Assembly (NCBI GenBank): GCA_049472315.1
Contig: JBLIRN010000025.1
Coordinates: forward strand, 1-43,833
From: a bacterium
GTDB lineage: Bacteria > SZUA-182 > DTGQ01 > JAFGSM01
Direction: 5' to 3'
DNA length: 43,833 bases
The notes below the pieces were generated by a model, which saw only the letters and a program-made list of their open reading frames with translations, was not told the origin of the DNA and ran no database searches. Below are positions 1-10,141 of this stretch, one piece after another. A program made the translations under genes and the position numbers. Within the stretch, counting starts at the first letter, position 1. The number at the start of each line of letters is the position of its first letter.

Positions 1-558
1 AATGCCACAAAAGGATACGGCGGAGAAGGAAATGACGGGAGCTGCCTGTATATTAATGGTGGAAGTGTTTATGTCAATGTATCGAATGGCGATGGCCTCG
101 ATAGTAACGGAAATATTGTAATAACAGCAGGCACGACAATCGTTCATGGCCCTCAATCACAGCCCGAAGTCGGAATGGATTATAACGGCACCTGTAATGT
201 TTCCGGAGGTCTACTGGTGATATCAGGGACCAACTCCTTTATGACGGAGGCCCCCAGTTCAACCTCCTCTCAATACAGCATAAAGGCGACAACATACACA
301 GGTATTGCGGCATACACACTCTTTCATATTCAGGATACGGCAGGAAACGATATTGTAACATTCAAACCCGTACGCAGGTATTATTCGATGATTTTCTCAT
401 CGCCTGATTTAAAAAGCGGTTCCACGTATTATATCTATACCGGTGGTTCTTCAACCGGCACGGAAACGAATGGGTTATATAGCGGGGGAACTTACTCCGG
501 TGGTACTCTAAAGAAAAGCTTTACTATTTCCAGTAAGGTTTCCAATGTATCATTTTGA
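1..558 (+). CDS. Carbohydrate-binding domain protein (Cthe_2159/DUF4353-like), 5'-truncated by the window edge
   Basis: Frame 1 is open from base 1 (NATKGYGGEGNDGSCLYINGGSVYVNVSNGDGLDSNGNIVITAG...). DGLDSNG and FSSPDLKSGSTYYIYTGG...GLYSGGTY resemble the Cthe_2159 beta-helix C-terminus. Confidence 0.75.
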   Translation, partial: NATKGYGGEGNDGSCLYINGGSVYVNVSNGDGLDSNGNIVITAGTTIVHGPQSQPEVGMDYNGTCNVSGGLLVISGTNSFMTEAPSSTSSQYSIKATTYTGIAAYTLFHIQDTAGNDIVTFKPVRRYYSMIFSSPDLKSGSTYYIYTGGSSTGTETNGLYSGGTYSGGTLKKSFTISSKVSNVSF

Positions 559-694
559 ATTGTAGTATACCTGCAACGTTTCCCGGAATGTTCGTAACCG
601 TTCATCGATTGGGAGATCCCCTGCGCTGCGTATCCCCCTCGACCGTGAGGGCGAACATTGTATGAAAGGATGCCTGGTCTGATTATGAATCTTA

Positions 695-724
695 TTGATT
701 TTTAATATAATTAATTGGTATAAT
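695..724 (+). promoter_or_regulatory. Putative sigma70 promoter of the TonB receptor operon
   Basis: TTGATT (695-700), 18 nt, TATAAT (719-724) with an extended TGn; AT-rich; GGGAGGA RBS before ATG 785. Confidence 0.5.
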
Positions 725-784
725 CTGTGTGGCACAGTTATTGAAATACCAAATATAAAATAAAGAAAAGATAGGGAGGAATGA

Positions 785-2893
785 ATGAAATGTTTCTTGT
801 GTCCATATAAGAACGGTGTGCCCAGATCCGTCATTTTCCTCGCCGTCTTTATCGTCTTGGCTGCCTTTTTGGGGACAGTTGCTTTCACTGCTTCGATATG
901 CCGGGCCGAGGAGAGCTATCTGGAAGGACCGGTCGACTTCACCGCCCTCAGCCTGGAGGAACTGAAACAGATTACGATCATCTCCGTACTAAAAAGGCCC
1001 CAAAAACTCTCCGAGGCTACATCCGCCATTACCGTCATCACCCAGGAGGACATTCGCAGGTCCGGTGCCACAAGCATTCCCGAATTACTGCGAAGCGTGC
1101 CCGGATTTAATGTCGCACAGATGGATTCCAGCACATGGGCGGTGAGCGCCCGCGGATTCAATAACCTGAATGCCAACAAGCTGCTGGTGCTGATGGACGG
1201 CAGGAGCCTGTATACGCCTCTTTTTTCAGGCGTCTACTGGAACGTTCAGGATACGCTTTTGGAGGATATCGAGCGGATCGAGGTCATCCGGGGACCGGGG
1301 GCCACGTTGTGGGGCGCAAATGCAGTCAATGGGGTGATCAATATCATCACCAAGCATGCAAAGGACACCCAGGGAGGGTTGGTCATATCGGGTGCGGGTG
1401 ATGAGGAGAAACGCTTCGGCGCGTTCCGGTATGGGGACAAGCTGGGTGAAGGCACCTATGGCCGGTTCTATCTGAAATATTTCGATCGGGATGATTTTTG
1501 GAAGGTACCACGCCGCTGGCATGTAGCGGGTTTCGAGGAGGATGAGGGGTGGGATTCCCTGAGGGGTGGAGGACGTATCGACTGGTCCCTATCCGGCGGG
1601 GATTCATTGACCCTGCAAGGTGATGTGTATGACGGGGAGGATAACGAGGCAATCGTCTTCTCGGATCCGAATTTCGCATCAATCGGAACTCTCGATTTGG
1701 AAAATCATTTCTCCGGCGGTGACGTGATCCTGCGCTGGATGCATGTGATTTCCGACGAATCCGATATGGCGCTCCAGTTCTATTACGATCGGACAAAACA
1801 GGAAAGGGACAAGGGTGATCAATCCCAGTACAAGGAACGGTTCGACACCTTTGACGTGGACTTTCAGCACAATTTCAGGCTTGGCACGCGCCAGGGAATC
1901 ATCTGGGGGCTTGGTTACCGGTTGATCAGCGACCAATTCGAGGCCAGCGAGGCGGATCCCAATAGGCCCGTGTTTCTCATTGATCCTCAAAGCCGCGACA
2001 CCCATATCGTCAGCGCCTTTTTTCAGGACGAGATAGCCCTCATCCGGGACAGGCTTTTGTTCACCGTGGGATCGAAGCTCGAACACAATGACTATACCGG
2101 GTTTGAGGTTCAACCGGGTGTCCGGATGATGTGGAACCCCTCCGACTCGCAAAATGTCTGGGCATCCGTGTCCCGTGCGGTCCGGACACCCTCCCGTTCG
2201 GAATACGATACGGAGTCCTCCATCACGGTGTCTTCTCCCTGGCCTTCGTGGTCACGGCCCAGAATGGAGGAGGCGGAGGATTTGATTGCCTATGAGGCCG
2301 GATACCGCATTCAACTCACCAGGTCCTTTTCCCTTGATATTGCATCCTATCTGAACGAGTATGAGGATCTCAACATTTTCGGCGACAATGCGGCAAAGGC
2401 CGAAACCTATGGAATGGAATTGTCTGCAAACTGGGAGGTCTTGCCGTGGTGGCGCATTCAGGCATCGTATTCATACCTGCATATGCACCTCACCCGTGCC
2501 TATCGGCCTCCGCCACCCTATGATCCGAATTTTTCATTTTTTCATGATCCGAATGCCCCGATGTTTCCGCCGCCGTTTGATACATCCCTGGATAAATCCA
2601 GCCCCAATCACCAGTACGTGATCCACTCGGCCTGGGACCTTTACCGAAATCTTGAGTTGGACATGGAGATGAGGTATGTGGACAACCTGGACATCTATGT
2701 GGGGAGCTACACAGAGATGGACGCCCGTATCGGCTGGAAGCCAAGGAGGGATCTCGAGCTTTCCGTTGTGGGTAGAAACCTCCTGCACGAGCATCACCCC
2801 GAATTCCTGTCTCACGGCTTCCTGCCCTTTTCAGGCGGGGAACACATTGAAGTGGAGCGTAGTATCTACGGGAAAATTACATGTGGATTTTAA
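785..2893 (+). CDS. TonB-dependent outer-membrane receptor (YfiR-associated type)
   Basis: Signal region; plug motifs AITVITQEDIRRSGATSIPELLR and IERIEVIRGPGATLWGANAVNGVINIITK; terminal aromatic residue (GKITCGF). Confidence 0.95.
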   Translation: MKCFLCPYKNGVPRSVIFLAVFIVLAAFLGTVAFTASICRAEESYLEGPVDFTALSLEELKQITIISVLKRPQKLSEATSAITVITQEDIRRSGATSIPELLRSVPGFNVAQMDSSTWAVSARGFNNLNANKLLVLMDGRSLYTPLFSGVYWNVQDTLLEDIERIEVIRGPGATLWGANAVNGVINIITKHAKDTQGGLVISGAGDEEKRFGAFRYGDKLGEGTYGRFYLKYFDRDDFWKVPRRWHVAGFEEDEGWDSLRGGGRIDWSLSGGDSLTLQGDVYDGEDNEAIVFSDPNFASIGTLDLENHFSGGDVILRWMHVISDESDMALQFYYDRTKQERDKGDQSQYKERFDTFDVDFQHNFRLGTRQGIIWGLGYRLISDQFEASEADPNRPVFLIDPQSRDTHIVSAFFQDEIALIRDRLLFTVGSKLEHNDYTGFEVQPGVRMMWNPSDSQNVWASVSRAVRTPSRSEYDTESSITVSSPWPSWSRPRMEEAEDLIAYEAGYRIQLTRSFSLDIASYLNEYEDLNIFGDNAAKAETYGMELSANWEVLPWWRIQASYSYLHMHLTRAYRPPPPYDPNFSFFHDPNAPMFPPPFDTSLDKSSPNHQYVIHSAWDLYRNLELDMEMRYVDNLDIYVGSYTEMDARIGWKPRRDLELSVVGRNLLHEHHPEFLSHGFLPFSGGEHIEVERSIYGKITCGF

Positions 2894-3459
2894 CCATAAA
2901 AACAATTAAGGGGTTGTGGCTTCATGCCATGATCACGATGTGTGTCATGGCATTCGCCGGGACGCATGTGCATGCCCAAACCCTTTATGGCCTGGAATAT
3001 AAGGTGAAGGCAGGCTTTATCTACAATTTTGCAAAGTTCATCGAATGGACGGATGAGCACACCGGACAAGATCCCAATGCCCTTGTCATCGGAATTATCC
3101 CGGACACCCCGGAGACGGATGTCTTTTTCTCCCTGAGGGATAAGAGTGTGGGCGGCAAAAGGATCGAGGTAAGGAAATTAAAAAACGTACGGGACAAGGG
3201 AGTTGAAGGCTGCGATATCCTTTTCTTTGATTCGAAGGATGAGGGACTCGTAAGGGAGAGCCTGTTGATCGTTCAATATCGAAGTGTCTTGACGATTGGA
3301 CACATGGAAGGCTTTATCCAGGCGGGGGGAATCATCAACTTCTTTACCGAAGAGGGAAGGCTTCGATTTGAGGTGAATCTCAATGCGGCAAAGCGGGCCA
3401 GGATCAAACTGGGGTCCCAGATCCTCATGTCCGCCGAGATCATAAGGGAGAAGGAGTAG
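2881..3459 (+). CDS. YfiR/HmsC-family periplasmic protein (DUF4154)
   Basis: EYKVKAGFIYNFAKFIEW and GGIINF..EEGRLRFEVNLNAAKRARIKLGSQIL signatures; signal peptide; overlaps the receptor stop. Confidence 0.9.
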   Translation: MWILTIKTIKGLWLHAMITMCVMAFAGTHVHAQTLYGLEYKVKAGFIYNFAKFIEWTDEHTGQDPNALVIGIIPDTPETDVFFSLRDKSVGGKRIEVRKLKNVRDKGVEGCDILFFDSKDEGLVRESLLIVQYRSVLTIGHMEGFIQAGGIINFFTEEGRLRFEVNLNAAKRARIKLGSQILMSAEIIREKE

Positions 3460-3463
3460 TAAT

Positions 3464-5824
3464 ATGTCCTTCCTTCGGCGGATAATCGATATATCCTCCT
3501 TTCAAAGTATATCCATCAAGCGAAAGCTCATTTTGATCATTCTCCTCACCAGTTGGATTACCCTGCTTGTCGCATCCATCGCCTTTATAGCAAAGGACAT
3601 TGTCACCTTCCGTCAGGCGATGGTGAAGGATGTCACCAGCATTGCTCAGGTGGTCGGTATGAACAGCTCCGGTGCGCTGGTCTTTAATGACCCGCGCACT
3701 GCAGAGAACAACCTCTCCGCATTACGCTCAAAACCGAACGTCACCTTTGCCTGTATCTACGACAGGGACGGAACGGTCTTCGCCACCTTTTTCGGAAAGG
3801 ATACAGGGGATGCCTTCACCCCTCCCCCTCCTCAAAAAACCGGGCACTACTTTCAAAAAGGGCATCTTTGTTTATTTCAGCAAATCCTTCTTGAACAGGA
3901 GATGATCGGGACCATTTTCATTCAAACCGATCTTTCTGAGATCCATTCACGCATAAAACAATCGGGGGCAATTGTCGGGATCATTATCTCGGTGGCCTTT
4001 TTATTGGCGATGATGCTCTCGTTCCTGCTCCACCGTGTGGTTTCCGAGCCGGTGTTGAACCTGGCCATGATCGCAAAGACTATTTCAAAGGAGAGGGATT
4101 ATTCCATACGGGCGCACAAGCGAGGCCAGGATGAAATCGGGACCCTTATCGACGGGTTTAATGAGATGCTCGATGAAATCCAGAAGCGGGACAATGAGCT
4201 GGAAAGCCACCGTGAGCACCTGGAAGAAATGGTGGCCGACCGCACCGCCAAATTAAAAAGGCAGCAGAAGGATTTGAAGGAGGCACTCAATCGGGCTGAG
4301 CAACTGACGATTGAGGCCCAATCAGCGAACCGGGCAAAGAGTGAATTTCTCGCAAACATGAGTCATGAGATACGCACCCCTATGAATGCCATACTCGGTT
4401 TTACGGATTTGCTGGACTCCCGCATCAACGATAGGGAACAAAAGGCATATCTCAAATCGATCAAGTCGAGCGGTAAGAGTCTGTTGACGCTCATCAATGA
4501 CATCCTCGATCTTTCCAAGATTGAATCGGGGAAAATGGAACTGCAGCTTGAGCCGGTCAACCCTTACTCCATCTTCAGCGAGATTAAGCATATATTCTCT
4601 CCGAACATTTTCGACAAGGGGATTAATTTTTTCCTGGAGGTCGATCCCACTCTCCCTGCAAATCTGCTTTTGGATGAGGTGCGGTTACGACAGATCCTCT
4701 TTAATCTGGTAGGCAATGCCGTAAAATTTACCGACAAGGGATATATAAAACTCTCAGCCAGGAATATGGCGAAACAGGAGGAGAAGGACACCGTTGATGT
4801 GATGATAGTGGTTGAAGACACCGGAATCGGCATTGCCCCGGGGTCCCTGAAGACCATATTCGAGGCATTCAGACAGCAGGATGGTCAAAGCACCAAAATC
4901 TATGGCGGCACCGGGCTGGGGCTTGCCATCTCAAAGCGATTGGTTGAAATGATGGGCGGCGTTATATCCGTTCAAAGCACCCCCAGAAAGGGAAGTACCT
5001 TTGAGATCCTGCTCAAGGACGTGAGGGTTGCCTCTACTCATGCGGTGCCTCAGGAGGAGGGGGATTTTGATCCCGGAAGCATCGCCTTTGAAGAGGCCGT
5101 TTTATTGGTGGTGGAGGATGTCCCGCTCAATCGCGCACTCATACGGGAATATCTGCGATACACGGAAATCAGCGTGGTCGAGGCTGAAGACGGGGAAAAG
5201 GCCCTTGTTCTTGCCAGGAAACACCATCCCGATGCCATCCTAATGGATATCAAGATGCCGGTCCTGAATGGATATGAAGCGATACAACACCTGAGAAACG
5301 ATGCGACCCTGAACACAATACCGGTGATCGCCTTGACGGCTTCGGGGATGAAAAAGGACAAGGAAAGGATCATGGAGAGCGGATTCGACGGATTTCTGGT
5401 GAAGCCCTTGCAGATATTCGATCTGTACAGGGAGTTGGCCCGTTTTCTTCCGTATTCGACAAGGGATCTGAAGGCGCAGAAAACGGCCAAGGATGCGCAG
5501 AAGAGGCGGCCGCCGGAAAGGCTGCCTCCCCAGGTATTGGCAAGACTTCCCGAAATAATCGATGCATTGGAAAATGAACTGATGGGCTCATGGCGGATTG
5601 CCCGTCAAAAGGGGCTTTTTGATGATATCGCCAATTTCGGCATTCAAATAAAGAGGCTTGGGGAGAGATATGCACTGGACTGCCTGAAGGAATACGGCAA
5701 TGATTTGATCCGGCATGTCAACAGCTTTGATATTGAGAGCATGTGCGCCTCACTGGAGGCCTACCCCGCATTGATCACCCAGATCAAATTATTTCAACAC
5801 AAGCATGTCCACGGAAAGAGATGA
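3464..5824 (+). CDS. Membrane hybrid sensor histidine kinase (periplasmic CHASE8-like sensor, HAMP, HisKA, HATPase, receiver)
   Basis: Two TM helices; HAMP DEIGTLIDGFNEML; H-box FLANMSHEIRTPMNAI; N/G1/G2 boxes; receiver PDAILMDIKMP...KP. Confidence 0.95.
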   Translation: MSFLRRIIDISSFQSISIKRKLILIILLTSWITLLVASIAFIAKDIVTFRQAMVKDVTSIAQVVGMNSSGALVFNDPRTAENNLSALRSKPNVTFACIYDRDGTVFATFFGKDTGDAFTPPPPQKTGHYFQKGHLCLFQQILLEQEMIGTIFIQTDLSEIHSRIKQSGAIVGIIISVAFLLAMMLSFLLHRVVSEPVLNLAMIAKTISKERDYSIRAHKRGQDEIGTLIDGFNEMLDEIQKRDNELESHREHLEEMVADRTAKLKRQQKDLKEALNRAEQLTIEAQSANRAKSEFLANMSHEIRTPMNAILGFTDLLDSRINDREQKAYLKSIKSSGKSLLTLINDILDLSKIESGKMELQLEPVNPYSIFSEIKHIFSPNIFDKGINFFLEVDPTLPANLLLDEVRLRQILFNLVGNAVKFTDKGYIKLSARNMAKQEEKDTVDVMIVVEDTGIGIAPGSLKTIFEAFRQQDGQSTKIYGGTGLGLAISKRLVEMMGGVISVQSTPRKGSTFEILLKDVRVASTHAVPQEEGDFDPGSIAFEEAVLLVVEDVPLNRALIREYLRYTEISVVEAEDGEKALVLARKHHPDAILMDIKMPVLNGYEAIQHLRNDATLNTIPVIALTASGMKKDKERIMESGFDGFLVKPLQIFDLYRELARFLPYSTRDLKAQKTAKDAQKRRPPERLPPQVLARLPEIIDALENELMGSWRIARQKGLFDDIANFGIQIKRLGERYALDCLKEYGNDLIRHVNSFDIESMCASLEAYPALITQIKLFQHKHVHGKR

Positions 5825-5825
5825 G

Positions 5826-6998
5826 ATGAACGAAGTCTGCAATGCATATAAGATCCTGATCGTTGATGACGTTCCCCGCAATATTCAGGTATTGGCCAAT
5901 ATTCTGAAAGAGGCCGGTTATCAATTGGGATTCGCCAAGGACGGCAAGGCGGCCCTTGCCCATATAGAGTCCACCCAGTTCGATCTCATCCTGTTGGATA
6001 TCATGATGCCGGGGGTCGACGGATATGAGGTCTGTGAACAGATTAAAAGGCATAAGCGGACCAAGGATATACCGGTTATCTTTATCACCGCGCTGCATGG
6101 AACGGAGAACAAAACAAAGGGATTCGAACTCGGGGCGGTCGATTATATTACCAAGCCGTTTGATACACTGGAGGTCCTGGCGAGGGTAAAAACCCATCTT
6201 ACCATCCGGGAATATGCAACACAACTGGAGCGGCTGGTCGAGGAAAGGACCCGCCAGCTCATGCATGCGGATCGACTGGCCACATTGGGCACATTTGCCG
6301 CGGCCATTATCCATGAAATCAATAACCCGCTCTCCTATATTATAGGGAATACCAAGCTTCTTGAGATGTTTTGGCGCACCGCACAGCCGATTCTGGAGCG
6401 CCATGCCGACGATGACAAAACCGGGCAGCTTTCTAATGATGTGAAGGAGATCGATGGATGGCTCAAATATCTCAGTGAAGGCTGTCAGCGTATTTCCCAA
6501 TTGGTCAAGAGCCTGAAGTCATATTCCAGGCAGGGTATTGTCCATAAGGGGCATTTCCCGTTGGTTGATATCATCAATGATGCCCTTCGTCTGCTCAGTC
6601 ATAAGATTAAGATTCATTCCATCGCGGTCAAGGTGAGCGTCCCCTCGGATCTGAAGGTATACTGCGATCCACAAAAGATTTCTCAGGTATTTGTCAATCT
6701 GATTGATAATGCCTGTGATGCGGTGACCGATCAGAGCGGAAGGATGACCATCCATGCTGCAATGATGAATGGTTATGCCTCGGTCAGAATCAAGGATAAT
6801 GGTCCAGGTATATCGGGCGAAATTGGGGAAAAGATCTTCAATCCCTTTTTTACCACCAAGGGTAACGACATTGGGACCGGGCTCGGGCTTTTTATTGTCA
6901 GGAAGATAATAGAGGAACACGACGGAAAGATTGCATTGTCCCCGTTTGATGGAACCGGGACCGAATTCACCGTTCTCCTGCCCATTGAGGGACAATAA
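5826..6998 (+). CDS. Receiver-histidine kinase hybrid
   Basis: N-terminal receiver (ILIVDD, DLILLDIMMP, KPF); H-box HEINNPL; FFTTK...GTGLGL. Alternative start at 5805. Confidence 0.93.
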   Translation: MNEVCNAYKILIVDDVPRNIQVLANILKEAGYQLGFAKDGKAALAHIESTQFDLILLDIMMPGVDGYEVCEQIKRHKRTKDIPVIFITALHGTENKTKGFELGAVDYITKPFDTLEVLARVKTHLTIREYATQLERLVEERTRQLMHADRLATLGTFAAAIIHEINNPLSYIIGNTKLLEMFWRTAQPILERHADDDKTGQLSNDVKEIDGWLKYLSEGCQRISQLVKSLKSYSRQGIVHKGHFPLVDIINDALRLLSHKIKIHSIAVKVSVPSDLKVYCDPQKISQVFVNLIDNACDAVTDQSGRMTIHAAMMNGYASVRIKDNGPGISGEIGEKIFNPFFTTKGNDIGTGLGLFIVRKIIEEHDGKIALSPFDGTGTEFTVLLPIEGQ

Positions 6999-7312
6999 AC
7001 CCCAATGCCTGTCAGGTGCATACAGTTTCTGCAATGGATTAACTCAAACAATCCAATTATTGGTCTTCAATGGCGTGAAATCACAAGAACCCTCATGACC
7101 GGGTACCTCGTATTCGTTGAGACGCGGCAAAAAGCCCGGTATGCCGGTGTCGATACGTTGGATTATCCGAATGCGCGACCATGCCGGCCGTATCCCGATG
7201 ATGGCCGGAATCGAGCGTGGGGATATCGGTAAAAAGATATAATAAAATCATAGTGTTGCAAGAGGGAACACCGGGGGGGTCCTCCGGCAGTCGGATGGTA
7301 GTATTTAACTTA

Positions 7313-7341
7313 TTGATTTTTAACCATATTTTTTGTATAAT
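7313..7341 (+). promoter_or_regulatory. Putative sigma70 promoter overlapping an IHF-consensus site
   Basis: TTGATT, 17 nt, TATAAT; TAACTTATTGATT at 7306-7318 matches the IHF consensus YAANNNNTTGATW. Confidence 0.55.
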
Positions 7342-7353
7342 ATAATAAAAATA

Positions 7354-7545
7354 CCGCCATATGGAATGATGATATCTTCGTTGAAGATGAGGCGGCATAT
7401 CACGTCCAAGGTACCTCCTCCTTCTCTCCAGGTATAGTACGGCGCAATCATGAACTGTGGAGAGGTTTTGGCTCGAATCGAAGGGGTCGATTCCCCCGGA
7501 GAGGAGGTGCATCCGCAGTCCCGTGCAACTGCAGTTGGATGTATG
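7354..7545 (+). ncRNA. Candidate structured non-coding RNA or leader (no known family recognised)
   Basis: Several nested inverted repeats directly downstream of a promoter, with no convincing ORF. Confidence 0.3.
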
Positions 7546-7841
7546 CATGGAAAAAAACGGTGAAACAGTATGGCTCGATTCTGGGATGGTCTTTTGCTGC
7601 TTTTGTACGACGGCATCCGCTTAGGTCTGCTGTTCTATATAGTCGTTCAATTCGTCCGCCTGACGCTCTGGTCGGTAAGACACTGAAACGATTTAATAGT
7701 GGAAACCAGGGGGAACAATCCACATTCTTTTAATTCCTTCCAAAAACCACGATAATAGAGATATGCACCTATACGTGGACGATATACGTTTGACCACAGC
7801 CTTTTTCGGGATTAATGGTTGCTTGTGACAGGGAGATCGGT

Positions 7842-8006
7842 ATGACGGATGAACAATTCGACAGGATGATAGGCGCCATTGAATTGCTGGCAAAAAGCAT
7901 TACTGAGGGATGCAAAGACATCAAGGACGGCCTTGACGATGTGTCGGCCTCAATCTTGGAGCTGTCTGATTTTATCAATATAGAGGAGCCGCAGTACAAT
8001 GACTGA
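7842..8006 (+). CDS. Small acidic hypothetical protein (54 aa)
   Basis: AGGGAGA RBS before ATG; amphipathic helical pattern MTDEQFDRMIGAIELLAKSITEG. Confidence 0.5.
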   Translation: MTDEQFDRMIGAIELLAKSITEGCKDIKDGLDDVSASILELSDFINIEEPQYND

Positions 8007-8034
8007 ATACCGGCTCATCCCATTTACTCCCAAT

Positions 8035-9900
8035 CTACTCGTCACCCGTCTCAACACTGAGGGTGGTTGACCCAGAACAATATATCCAGTATCCCCTTCC
8101 CGGCTGCAAGGGGGCGTTTCGATCAAGGAGAATATACCGATTCGAAAATCCGAAAACGGCCTTGATTATTCCATTCCCCACCGATGGTTTTGCAGGCCGT
8201 GAACATCCGCCGATCATGAACCAGCCGTTGTGGAAGGCAGGAACGGTATAGCCCTCGATGGGTTTGCCCTGGAGCATGTAACTGGTTGTTGACCCCATGT
8301 ATATCCAATATCCCTTGCCGATATTCAGCTCATCGTCAGGCCCCAGAGGCTCATACCCGGTGGTCAACTTAAACAGTGCCCCGGCATCCGGGAAGAGGGC
8401 GCTCCTGCGTCTGTCCGGGGGTATTACCGGAAGGGAGATCATGTGCCAGCCGCTGGTAAGAAATAATTCAGAACCGATCGCCACATTGGGATCGGAATCG
8501 TCAGGGTCCCCTTCACGGACGGCGGTATGGTATCCCTCAGGCTTACACAGGCAACGCATATCGCCGGTTATGCCGTATCCGTCTCCATCTGCGTCCATGT
8601 AATAGAAGATGCAGCCCGCCGCGCCTTCTTCATCCACCAGGCCATCGCAGTCATTGTCGAGATCGTCGCAGCGCTCGATTGCCCCCGGGAATATGTTGGG
8701 ATCGTTATCATCGCAATCCCCTTCCGTGAGGGAATAGCCGTCATTGTCCCCGTCAATCAGGAACAGGGGATCGAGAATAAAGCCGCGGTTGTTGCCGTGC
8801 AGGGTTCCATACCCTGCGATCCTGCCATAGTCGTTAATGTCCCGGGCAAAGACGAGGACCCACCCGGCATTGGGGTCTATGAGGTCGTTGAGATCCCGCA
8901 TGCCGTGTTCATCATCAAATACAAAGGCATGTTCAATAGCCCCTTCTTCGTCGCTTGCCCACATGATCCCGACCATCTGGCCCGATTCGTTGATCCCGTA
9001 TATCTCACCATACGGAAAGCCGGACGGCATGGCGAGCCTGGTGGGATTCGATGATACGGTGTTCCACACGTAGGGAAACGACCGGTTGGCAAGTGTATTC
9101 ACATGCCCTCCGATGCGGCCTTCATCATTAATGGCAACTGCATACCACTCACCATCGGGGTGATTGGCATCTATGTAGAGTGTCCGCATCAGGGTTGTCT
9201 CATCATAGATGAACGGGAGGAACCGCCATGAACCGTCATGGGCGGTACCCACTGCTATGCTGTTATTATTGATATCGTAGGCGATGCTGTATCCGTTTTG
9301 CCACTGCGGATGGCCTGTGGTGAGCGTACCCAGGTCCCGGATCCCCCCTGATGCATCGTACAGAAATCCGTGATAGGGCGTGAATGTTCCGTCGTCATTG
9401 GGGATATCCGCATTGCCCACCACCTGGCTCAGGTTGTTGATCTCATAGGCGGTACTGGATTCCCCCCTAAGCAGTGTGGTGGTATTGGTGAGGGTGCCGA
9501 TGTCCACGATGCTGCCGTCATCGAGCCAAAGGACCGCATGCCGATGGCCCTCCGGGGTATAGGAATATCCCGACACCTCTCCCAGGTCGTTGATGTCCCA
9601 TGCACTGCTCTCGCCGCCGAGTGTCGAGAGGGACCTTGATCCCTGTGTGTCGTCCCATATAAATGCCTGCTGGTCCTGGGCCTTTTCCTCATCCTGATTG
9701 TAATTGTAAAATCGTCCTACCACGACCCCGAGATTATTGATCCCCAGGTTTCTGCTTATTGCATACCCTGACAACGGCTCGATGGACGATACCTGGTATT
9801 CGCGGGCGAGGATAGACGCCGGGTAGTGCACCAATGAGATCAACACGATATTTGCGGCAATGACGACCCCTGCGAGAAAGGATCGTGACGAGACAGACAT
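8035..9900 (-). CDS. Exported HAF-repeat protein with DCDD metal-binding motifs and a duplicated C-terminal GW...GYW domain
   Basis: Signal peptide; repeated A.DIND.G.V.G and HAF/HGF units; DGDNDGY...GDCDDNDPNIFPGAIERCDDLDNDCDG; two GW.MI...G.GYWIY units. Confidence 0.85.
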   Translation of the reverse strand: MSVSSRSFLAGVVIAANIVLISLVHYPASILAREYQVSSIEPLSGYAISRNLGINNLGVVVGRFYNYNQDEEKAQDQQAFIWDDTQGSRSLSTLGGESSAWDINDLGEVSGYSYTPEGHRHAVLWLDDGSIVDIGTLTNTTTLLRGESSTAYEINNLSQVVGNADIPNDDGTFTPYHGFLYDASGGIRDLGTLTTGHPQWQNGYSIAYDINNNSIAVGTAHDGSWRFLPFIYDETTLMRTLYIDANHPDGEWYAVAINDEGRIGGHVNTLANRSFPYVWNTVSSNPTRLAMPSGFPYGEIYGINESGQMVGIMWASDEEGAIEHAFVFDDEHGMRDLNDLIDPNAGWVLVFARDINDYGRIAGYGTLHGNNRGFILDPLFLIDGDNDGYSLTEGDCDDNDPNIFPGAIERCDDLDNDCDGLVDEEGAAGCIFYYMDADGDGYGITGDMRCLCKPEGYHTAVREGDPDDSDPNVAIGSELFLTSGWHMISLPVIPPDRRRSALFPDAGALFKLTTGYEPLGPDDELNIGKGYWIYMGSTTSYMLQGKPIEGYTVPAFHNGWFMIGGCSRPAKPSVGNGIIKAVFGFSNRYILLDRNAPLQPGRGYWIYCSGSTTLSVETGDE

Positions 9901-10050
9901 TGAATTCCCCCCCCGGATCTATACAATAGTATACCAGGTACGGATGCAGTATTCATCCGGCATCCGATTTCGTTGAATAAAAAAAAATAGGACGTCTTTG
10001 GAGTGGACTGTGTTATGCCTGGACTAACGAGTATGCATGGAGATCATGTG

Positions 10051-10101
10051 AAAAAAACGAGGCTGGCAACGGATTGTCATACCGTGCAAGCCCCGTTTTT
10101 T
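10051..10101 (-). terminator. Probable intrinsic terminator of the 10142-10741 gene
   Basis: Minus-strand imperfect stem cggggct...agcctcg followed by 7 T. Confidence 0.55.
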
Positions 10102-10141
10102 ATAGTGCCTGATTATGTGTCACATGCCCTCGGCCGTGCAA

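Noticed and set aside
730..744. Sigma54 promoter TGGCAC-AGTTA-TTGA
   Set aside because: The -12 element has GA instead of the conserved GC, and a sigma70-like promoter lies just upstream; left uncalled.
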